Shown: piece by piece, positions 43,839 to 64,000 of the stretch
Layout of the letters: each line of letters begins with the position of its first letter
How positions within the stretch are numbered: position 1 is the stretch's first letter
NCBI RefSeq assembly: GCF_009914755.1
Contig: NC_060943.1
DNA: 64,000 nucleotides
From: the human T2T-CHM13v2.0 reference genome, Homo sapiens
Strand: one strand, 5' to 3'
Notes under the pieces: model-generated
Told to the model about the DNA's origin: nothing
Database searches by the model: none
The model's input: only the letters and a program-made list of their open reading frames with translations
Position numbers and translations under genes: made by a program

Positions 43839-46228
43839 TAGCTCTATCCTTCCTGAAGTCCCAGCTCCTTAGGAGGCGGAGGTGGGAGGATTGCTTCTTG
43901 AGCACAGGAGGTCGAGGCTGCAGTGTGCTATGACTGGGCGGGCCATTGCACTCCAGCCTGGGTGACAGAGGGAGACCAAAACTGAGTCAGTGTTCCCAAG
44001 CAGTGTGTGAAGCTGATTCTCTGTCAGCCACGTGCCAGATGGGTTGGGTCCCAGGGGTGGCCACCTGGGGGACAGGGCCAGACACTTGTTCTGGGCCCAA
44101 TATGGCCTTGTGTCCAGAACTCTCTCGGTGGCTCCTTCTCTCGACCCTTTGCCTTGAGCCGGAGCACTGTGGGGACACAGGAACCAAGACTGGTGTTTTG
44201 TGCCAATGCCACACTACTGTGTGCCCGTGGGTCTTGGGCCGGGCATGGGTGGGTTCGTCCTCATGGCTACACAGTGAACCATGTGTTATTTTATTTTTCT
44301 AGACACTAAAGCTGAGGTGTCGGGAGGTGATGGTCCCTTGCTTGCAGGTGGCAGAGCTCAGGTTCAAACCTGGATCTTACTGCACCTGGCTCGTTTGGGA
44401 GGCCTCCCTTGCTGGAATGCAGGTCAGGGAGCCCCGATGCCCTTGGGCTGACTGCCCCACGTCCATCACACCCACTGAGGGCCGTGGGGTGGGTGCAGGG
44501 CTTGTTCTGGGAGATTCCAAGCTGAGGAAAGCAGGGCTGTCCGCCAGCCTCCAGCTGGGTCACAGAAGAGGCTCAGGGCCTGTTCCCACTCCCCTCCCCC
44601 AGCCAGCAGGGTCCAAAAGGATGTTGGGGGGGTGGTCCCCAGTCCGGCCTGCCCACTCTAGGGAGGGGCCCAGATAACTTGCGTAGACGCCGGCCCTCCC
44701 GCCCCCAGCCTTCGCCATTGCCTTTTGTCTGGCTATCTTTCATGTACAAGGGAGAAATTCAAGCCACTCAGGAGGGTGTAACATGAAAAGTCAGTCTCTC
44801 CTTCTCTCCGCACTGCCCGTGACCTGTGGTTTCTCAGGCACATACAAGCGCGCACGCATAAATCTCTCCTCCAACCTGCTGGGCTTCAAGTTATGCACGT
44901 TCACACAATGGCAAAGGAGGGTGCGGATTGAAAAGTATGACTTGCTTCCCGGAGGCAGCACTGAAGTCACTTTATTGTGTTTCCAGACAAGCCCCATGAA
45001 TGCAGTGTGCACTGCCCCTCCTCCCTCTGTCCCTTCCCCGCCCATCTGTACACCTGTGGTGCGTAGGTTTTACACCACTCTGTGCCTTACGTTGTGGCTC
45101 GATCATTTAACATGTCAGTGTGTACCGATGGAAATTGATCTCTTTTAATTTGCCACATCTTCATTTATTCATTCTTTGATTAATTGATGGATATTTAGGT
45201 TTTCTGCTTTGGGGGCATTCAGATCCAGGTGTATCTCTGCAAGTAGAGCTTGTAGCATACATAAGGCCCTGCAAAGGGATTTCTGGGCCGGAAGTTTTTG
45301 ATCAGTTGCTCAGACATAGTTCTGATGTGCTGGGGAAGTGCCCGTTCAGGGCCATGGCTGCAGGGCTCCTGGACACCCAGCTCCGGTGCTGGAGTGGGGT
45401 TGGGATTCGCCCAGAGGCCAGGGCTGCGCCAGAGGAGCCCAGGGTGACCTCATGGTCCTCAGATACCCGGGGCTGGGCAGCACAGTGGAACAGCTGCTCC
45501 AGAGCTTCTCCGAGGACGACATCGGAGGATCCGACTCAGGTTACGGCAGGAGAGGGAGGCCAGGCCGGGTTAGGGTTCTGGGGTTTGGGATTCTCTTCCG
45601 AGGCTGGCATTGATCTGTTGCTGATGATGGTAACAGCAGCTGCTCTTGTTTATGAAGTACTTAACACCTCCAGCTCCCTCCATTACCTAGGAATCCTCAC
45701 TGCAGGGAGGGGTTTTCATCCCCATTTTGTGCCTATTTTATTTATATTATTTTATTTTTTGAGGCAGGGTTTTGCTCTTGTTGCCCAGGCTGGAGTGCTA
45801 TGGCACGATTTCTGCTCACTGCAACCTCTGCCTCCTGGGTTGAAGTGATTCTGCTGCCTCAGCCTCTTGAGTAGCTGGGATTACAGGTGCCCGCCACCAT
45901 GTCTGGCTAATTTTTTGTATTTTTCGGTAAAGATGGGGTTTCACCATGTTGGCCAGGCTGGTCTCAAACTCCTGACCTCAGGTGATCCACCCGCCTCAGC
46001 CTCCCAAAGTGGTGGGATTACAGGCGTGAGCCAACACTCCCGGCCCTGCCCATTTTATTTATTTATTTTTATTTTTATTTTTTTCAGATGGAGCTTTGCT
46101 CTTTTTGCCCAGGTTGGAGTGGAATGCAACCTCTGCCTCCCAGGTTCAAGTGATTCTCCTGCCTTAGCCTCCCGAGTTGCTGGGATTACAGGCATGTACC
46201 ACCATGCCTGGCTAATTTTATATTTTGA

Positions 46229-46473
<245 letters not shown>

Positions 46474-47611
46474 TGAGTAGCTGGGACTACAGGCACCCGC
46501 TACCACGCCCGGCTAATTTTTTTTATTTTTAGTAGAGATAGGTTTTCACCGTGTTAGCCAGGATGGTCTCGATCTCCTGACCTTGTGACCCGCCTGCCTT
46601 GGCCTCCCAAAGGGCTGAGATTACAGGCGTGAGCCACCGCCCCCTGTCATTGTGCCCATTTTATAGATGGGGCTCCTGAGGCCAGGGGTGAAGGCAGGTG
46701 CTAGTTCGGGGGATCCAAGCCCTGCCAGACTCTGCTGCATGTGGGCTCTGACCTAGTGAAGTTCCAGGATGGTGCCCTGGGGCCGGGCTGTCAGGCCCTC
46801 CACGTGGGTTATGTCACCTCACCCTTTGGGATGTGTCAGGGTGGTGGTTGAACAGATGAGGAAGCCAAGGCCAGGGCTGGAGAACAGTGGGTTCGGCCCT
46901 GAACCCAGTCCCTCCTTGATAAACCTAAGTCCTCCTTGATGCCAAAGCCCATCCTTTCAGCCATCTCCCTGCTGGGTGACCCTAGGGTCATCTCTGCCGC
47001 CTCTTGGGCACATGGGTGCCAAGCCACACAGGAATGGGGGGAAGCTTCTGGTTCCCAGTTTGGAAACAAGGTCACCTCTGCCAGGGCAGTGGGGCCTGGC
47101 TCAGGTGTCGCCTCCTCCCGAGTCTGCCTGGAATCTGAATTGGGCCTGGTCCGCATGCATCAGCTTCCGTGCTTTCCCTCCTCTCAGCGCTTACTGCCAG
47201 TTCCTGTTGTCCGTCTCCTCACTGCCCTGCTGGGTGCTGTCTGCCTCCCACTGTGGACTCCCAGCATGGGAGGGCCGGGGGTGGCTCTCTGGTTCACCGC
47301 CAGGTCCTCTGTGCCTGCATGTGGTCCGGGCAGAGCAGGCTGAGCAGAGATGCCAGCTGAGTGGGCTTCAGAAAGCGTGTTTTTTTTTCCGTGCCTGTGG
47401 GATGGGAGTTGGCCACGGGGGGTCGGGGTGTCTCCCTCTTTTTACCTAACTCTCCTCCTTTGATCGGGAATATTTTCCTCTGGAAGGTGAAGAGCCCATG
47501 TTGTCTTTGGCAGCAGGAGGCGATTTAATACAAGACGTACCATTTGGACAACGGCTTCTACAGCTACCAGCTACTCCCCCGCCCCAGGTTTGCCGAGATA
47601 AATAGCTTTAA

Positions 47612-47992
<381 letters not shown>

Positions 47993-48025
47993 TGATCCTC
48001 CCCGCTCAGCTTTCCAAAGTGTTAG

Positions 48026-48536
<511 letters not shown>

Positions 48537-49944
48537 TGAACAAATAGTGCTGCTGTGTGGCCACCTGATGCTAAACATCTCTGCGTGGTGAAGCCACTTC
48601 CCCAATCAAGGCCATGCGCACAGTGAGGGCAGGCTAGCACTCCAACTTGGACACCTAGACCCCTGAACCCACTGCCCCCTGTGCTTAGGGAAGAGGCTGG
48701 GCTGCCCCTGCCCCTATCCCGGGGAGGGCATTCTGGTCAGTACCCATGAGTGCCCCTTGTGTGCTAGGTACTGTGTGGGTCATGCCCAGAGCCCTGGATC
48801 TGCGCTTTGTGGGGCTGTCAGGTAGGCATTAAATAATGAGCTGCCAGGCAGTGAGGGCTTGTCCGGGAAATGCTGGAGGACCTCTAGGAGGAGGTGACAA
48901 GGAAGCAGGGGAAGAGGGGAGGGTGATCTCTAAGGAGCATCAGAGGCCAGAGAGAACCTCTGCCCATGATCTTGACCGGGAGAGAGTGTTGAAGGCCAGC
49001 GAGGTTTGGCTGGAGTGACCCAGGGGGCAGCAGTGAGACTGCAGACATTGGCAGGGGGCTGGTTCCGGAAGGTGCTGGGGAACCGTGGGGCGGTGTGAAG
49101 CAGGCGGGTTGTGTTAGACACTGTGCGGCTTGAAGGGTGGACTGGGAGGTGACTGAGGCATGGTATGTCGCCCGGCACCATCTGCTCAGTGAGACCCTTG
49201 AGAGACGTCTCCCCGTTCTTCCAAGACCCTCCTGCATGCTGGGACCCAGGGCTGCCGTGGAGCTGCTTGCTGCCCCACCCACCATTCTCTAGTGTATTTT
49301 CTTCAAGTCTGGGGCTAGGGAATCCTTATACCTTAGAGTCCCCCAGATTCTGCTGCCCTGGGGGGCCAATAAGGAGGGGATGTGCAGCATGCTGACTCTA
49401 AGGCAGGTGGGGAACAGCAGCCAGTCCACCAAGAGCTGCCCTCTTCCCCATCCCCATTGCCTCCTGCCTGGCCAGCCATAGCACTTGGCTCCTTCCCTAT
49501 CCTGTGTGACGGTGGGTCTCTCCCCACCCTGCGCAAGATCCCTCCCAGTGCTGCCCAGAGCCAAGCCACCAGTCCACTGGGGCCTCTTGCAGTCCCTCCA
49601 CAGCGCCCCTACCCACATCAACCCACGTTTCTTGGAGGTCTGTCCCAGTAGCCTCCCAGGGCTCACCACACTGTCTGGGCCACCCCTGTTTCCCTGCGTT
49701 CCTGCACTCTTCCCCTTACTGGCATATCTGTCCCCAGTCTCCTTCCCAGGCTGGGTCAGGTGCCACCTCCAGGCACCTACAGAGTCCACCACTTGGGGAT
49801 CTCTGTCAGTCTGCCACTCGGCTGTCCTCACCGCCTCTAGGATGGGGAGTGTGTCTCCATTGCCGAGTGCCTAGTGAGCAGATAGGGAAGTGGGTGGCGA
49901 GGATGCTGAGGGTCCAGCCTCTGCTCTGCACCTGTAATCCTTCC

Positions 49945-50127
49945 GGGTTTTGCAAATGAAGCTTTATGGGCACACAGCCATGCTCATTTGTTTACATATT
50001 GTCTGCTGCAAGGCAGAATAGAATCATTGTAGCAGAGATCAGATTCCCCAGCAGAGATCAGATTCCCCAGGAAGCACACAATATTTACTGTCTGGTCCTT
50101 TACACAGAAAGTCAGCCAAGGCCTGCT
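49945..50127. mobile_element. MER58A-like DNA transposon fragment with an internal 19-bp tandem duplication (50031-50068)
   Basis: CACAGCCATGCTCATTTGTTTACATATTGTCT..AATATTTACTGTCTGGTCCTTTAC. Confidence 0.75.
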
Positions 50128-50834
50128 CTAGGAAGCGCAGAGACATTGGGTGGTGCATTGGTGAGGAATAGGGATGCTGGTGCCAGTCACCTCGGCCACT
50201 CTTGCTGTGTGACCTTGAGCAAGACACTTAACCTCTCTGAGCAAATAAGGGCATAGTGAGAGTAGATACTCCCAGAAGTGATGAGAAGAGGAAACAGGAG
50301 GTCGACATAAGGCACCGGAACAGAGCCTGGCTGTTAGAGTGTTGTCACTCTTATGTCATGTGACATCCCAGCCTCTGCAGGGTGTGGGCAGGCCTGGCTC
50401 ATGGCAGCTGGGGGTTTGTGACCTGGATTCACATGGTGGAGGGCTGCTTCCTGGGAAGCAAGAAAGGCTGCCTCAAAGATGGGGCAATTTTTCTACCCCC
50501 TTCCCTGCAGTTCCAGCCCCTCCTCCCTTGGCCCCAGAGCTTCATCAGGGCCGACTGCAGTGTGGCAGGCCAGCGAGTAGCCCCAGGCTGGGTCCAGGGG
50601 TGGCCAAAGCGTAACACTCAGTCCGGGTTTGTGTTCTTTACGTTCCCCGTTGGAGACTCCACCTGGAGATCCCAGTCCCTTTCCTTTTACTGCAGGGTAA
50701 AGAAATGCTAGCTCTGGGCCGGGCACGGTGGCTCACACCGGTGATCTCAGCACTTTGGGAGGTCGAGGTGGGTGAATCACCTGAGATCAGGAGTTTGAGA
50801 TCAGCCTGGTCAACGAGGTGAAACCCTGTCTCTA

Positions 50835-51415
<581 letters not shown>

Positions 51416-52545
51416 CTAGCCCTGCAGCCTGTCCCCCACCTCTCCAGGCCATGTGCACACAGTCCCCAACATGCGCCGGCTGATGCCGCAACAGTGGTGC
51501 TTTTTGGATTTGTCTCTAGAGGCCAACACAGAGGGCCTTTCTGAATCCTGGGGTCCTGCCCCCTTCCGCGGCTCCCATACTGCTCCTCCCCAGCTGAATG
51601 GCCGCTTTGGGAGGTGGTTGCTGGCCTTGAGAGGATGCCACAGTGAGTTTCCTGCGGGCAGGGCTGCATCTGTGGCGAGCACTGAATCGCCACTGCTGGA
51701 TCCAGATGCCTGTGCGTCCCGGGCCCCAAGGCTCCCTTCTACCCTCCTCCTGGGGTGCTGTTCGCAAGCCAGGAGACAGGCTGTGCATTCCCTGCCTACT
51801 CAGAGGTGACCCTGGGCCAGGTGTGCGATGGCCCACTGGACCCATAGTAGCAGAGGGAGGGGAGAGGAAGGGAGAAAGTGGGAACAGCATGTGCAGAGGC
51901 CTGGGGCCTGGCCCATGTAGGGACTAGAGGGTTGAGTGTGTCCATGGGGAGGGGCCAAGACGGGGAGAGCCATGAGGAATGATGGGCACAGAGCTCAGAG
52001 GCTCGGGAGTCTCCTGAACAAAGAGAGGAACACGGCTTAGCTTGTTTTTTTTTTTTTTTTTTTTGGTTTGTCAGTATTTCCCAGGTGTCTTCTGTGTGCC
52101 AGGGACTAACTTGGGGATAAAGCTGTGACTTTGAGAAGCTGCCGGCTCCGCGGGCTTTAGCAGCTGCTGCTGTGATGAAGCGATCCACTTGCCCTCAGCC
52201 CCGGCATCTTTGGCCCAAGCCCAGCCCTAGCCCTGGCTGGGCACAGCCAGGCTTCACTTGGCCACAGGTCCTGTAGTTGCCTGCCTGGCGCCAGGTCAGA
52301 GAGGGACGCCTCAGGCAACATCGGGTTGCCAGGCTGCTTGGTAAACAGGCCTCCCTGGGCCCACTTGCTGTCGCCCAGGTGTGGCTAACAGATCGACAGT
52401 ATCTCCTGCCCCAGGACGGGTATGAGTGTGGGCACCATGCCAAGGTTGGATGTCCCTTCCTGGGACCCACCCACAGCTGGGAGCACTTTATCTTGGGCCT
52501 CTGTGGGTGTAGTGAGGCTGTGAGTCTGGGGCAGTGGCCTGCTGA

Positions 52546-57010
<4,465 letters not shown>

Positions 57011-57961
57011 CAGTTGTCCTGTATAACTTTTAAAAACATTTTTCGTTTGGCTCCAGCCCAGGGTCCCACTTTGCATTGCATTGGGCACTCCCCTCTTTCT
57101 TGTCTCCTGCACTCTGGAATAGCTCCCACCGTTTTGGTCTTTCCTGACATTGGCCTGTTCAAGGAGACCAGGCTGGTTGTCCTGTAGCCTGCCCCACAAC
57201 TTGTCCTTTTCTGTTGTCCCTTGAAGATGAGACTAGGGCAAACATTTTTGCCAAGAATACTACAGATGATGCACCTGTCCCACTGCAGTATGGCAGGCAG
57301 GGGCACAGTGCCTGATTGGGCTGGCCCGTTCCTGGCATCGCTAAGTTTCACCATTTGGCTGGAGTGGAGTGGCTGCAGGTTTGTGGAATGAATGACTGGT
57401 AACAGCTATCATGATGGGTACAGGGAGACAGTGTCCTAATTCACTAGACCACTGCCCCGCCATTAGCCCCATCTGATGGTGAGAACCCCAGTTCCAGAGA
57501 GGCTGAGGGACATGCCTGTGTCACAGTGAACAAATGGCATGGATGGGGTGTGAACCCAGCGGTCTGACTCCACTGGCCACATGCAGTCACTGCTCTGCGC
57601 CCATCCAAGAACAGAAGGGCTCAGCCGAGCAGGGCAGAGGCAGCTCCAGCTCTGAGTTCCTGTGGGCCAGCACCATGCCTTGTGGCCCTGTCTGCCCACC
57701 TCAGCCTTCACCATGCCCGTCTCAGCCCTGATCATCCTGAGGACACAGGCTGTGTTCCTGCTGTCTGATCAGTCGCTCCCTTGTCTTCCATGTGGGCTGG
57801 GCAGTCAGGGCACCCGGCAATGCTGCCAGGGTGGTTTTGTGGCACTCTGGAAGAATCTGGGGGCACCAAGGGGAGGCAGCAGGAGGGCGACAGGGACCCA
57901 GGCTCAAAAGAAGGCAGCTGACAGGGCTGCACCGCTCACGCCAGCCTGTCTTCTCTCGTAG

Positions 57962-58087
57962 ATGAAGATGTGTGTGTCTTTAAGTGCTCAGTGTCCCGAG
58001 AGACAGAGTGCAGCCGTGTGGGCAAGCAGTCCTTCATCATCACCCTGGGCTGCAACAGCGTCCTCATCCAGTTCGCCACACCCAACG
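57962..58087 (+). CDS. CARM1: CARM1 exon 2, PH-like domain (EDVCVFKCSVSRETECSRVGKQSFIITLGCNSVLIQFATPN)
   Basis: tcttctctcgtag| acceptor; G|gtacgt donor; 126 nt. Confidence 0.97.
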
Positions 58088-58809
58088 GTACGTGGCCCTC
58101 CTTCCATTCCGGTGACACCAGCCCAAAGCGCCCAGAGCCCTGGTGGGCAGGGGCGTAGAGCCTGGCTGAGGGGTGGCCCGTGCATCCTTAAGAAGGCTCC
58201 ACTGCCCTCAAAACCACATTCCCACATGCAGGTATGCCCAGAATACACTCTGGCCTGGGCAGACCCTGGATCCCAGACCCTCCCTCACCGGCTCCTCCGG
58301 GTCTTTTGGGGCTTGGCTTCTATGTCCCCACCTCCAAGAGGCCCATCCTGACCACCTGGGACCAGTCTTTCTGGCAGTGGCCAGCCCTGGGCCAGCTGTG
58401 ACTGGGCCAGCTGTGGATGGAGTGAGGCGAGGTCCTAGAGGCAGGAAGAGTTTGCTCAGGGCGCAGAGAAGCCACCAGAAGGGCTTAACCAACCCACCTT
58501 GGGGGCACAGGTGGACACAAGATTCCTGACTAGGGGTGGGAGAACCCCAGGTGGATGCAGCCAGGGTAGCAGAGAGGTGTCCAGGAATGCCCAGGGCTGG
58601 AGATGGTCTGAAGGTCCCACCGCAGGCTTGGTTACCAGAGACCTGAAGTGAGTCCAGTGGTTGACACAGGTGCTGGTGCGAGGACAGCTGGAGGTGGAGA
58701 GGCTGCGTGCCCATGAGCCACTGCCGGCCTCCCCCTTGTCTCAAGGTAGCTGTGCAGTGACCCAGATGTACCTTGGGCAGCCTGAGCCCTCGGGGCCAGC
58801 TGTGTGAAG

Positions 58810-60596
<1,787 letters not shown>

Positions 60597-61030
60597 TCTA
60601 CTGTGCTTTTCTGTGCCCCTGGCATTTGTCCAGTCCCCTCTTACTGGACATTGCAGTGTCTGCTGCCCCCACACAGATGCTGCCCTGAGCTTCTGGGTGG
60701 ACTTGGGCTTATTTGCCAGAGCTTTGACTCCTGGGCCGGTGGGCGTGTGCTTGAGAGAGCTTCACCAAGCTGCCCTTTGGTGAGGAATCCCCAGGCCCAC
60801 TCCCACCAGACAGCAGCCCCACATGCAGGCTACCTGCCCTCTTCTCATGTCAGTCACCACAGTGCAGGCATGGCTGCCCTTCATCTTTTCTTTGAACTTT
60901 GAAAATTGTTTTTCGGGGAAGAGAAATCACCAGCCCTGTATGTTCAAGGGAGAAACGTCAGGACATACGGCCATCCAGAACCTTCCCTCCCAGATGGCCA
61001 CATGCTGGGTTGCTGACCGCCCCCCGGTGA

Positions 61031-61680
<650 letters not shown>

Positions 61681-62023
61681 TGCCACGCTGCCTCCCGATC
61701 GCCCGTTGTCTTACAGAGAGACACCACACCTCACCTGCCTGGCGCTCTGAGTTCTAGGGCTCTGTTCGATCTGCTTCTCTTCTTCTTTGGGGCCCTCAAG
61801 ATGAGGCAGGTGGCCCCCGATGCCAGAACCCTGCCTGTGGCAAATCTTGAGTTCTCCTGGGCGGCTTCCAGGTCCAGGCGGCATCAGCTGTTGCCATCGG
61901 CTGCAGTGATAGTGGCGGTGTCCTCCTGGGGGCTGCCCTCCGGCTTCCTGCTCCCTCTCCTGGAGCTGCTAGTGGGGCCCAGGCAGAGGGTGCACGACCT
62001 CCCGAGGGAGGTTTGTGCCCTAG

Positions 62024-62308
<285 letters not shown>

Positions 62309-62319
62309 TAGAAATGCAT

Positions 62320-64000
<1,681 letters not shown>

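Overview
Human (AluYb8-containing), very Alu-dense DNA with two + strand genes, recognised from the spliced translations as the chr19p13.2 C19orf38 (HIDE1)-CARM1 region. C19orf38 has a complete 7-exon CDS (1522-22379; 693 nt = 230 aa): signal peptide, single Ig-like domain, TM helix and a Tyr-free tail. A CpG island follows about 2 kb later with the 5' part of CARM1/PRMT4: coding exons 1-4 (24715-62218), a 33 kb intron 1, and the gene continuing past the window. Most ORF-track entries are Alu/L1 artefacts. I found no unknown multi-gene system. The best leads are: (1) a (GGC)16 repeat in the CARM1 5' leader, in an open frame continuous with the CDS, with in-frame CUG codons and a synonymous-only duplicate of the CARM1 N-terminal motif; (2) a 5'-half tRNA-Gln(CTG) retrocopy with a perfect 16-bp target-site duplication; (3) a HIDE1 tail with W/F where immunoreceptor motifs carry Tyr; (4) no canonical poly(A) signal in the unique C19orf38 3' UTR, with phase-compatible readthrough into CARM1. 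Repeat boundaries and subfamilies are by-eye estimates.
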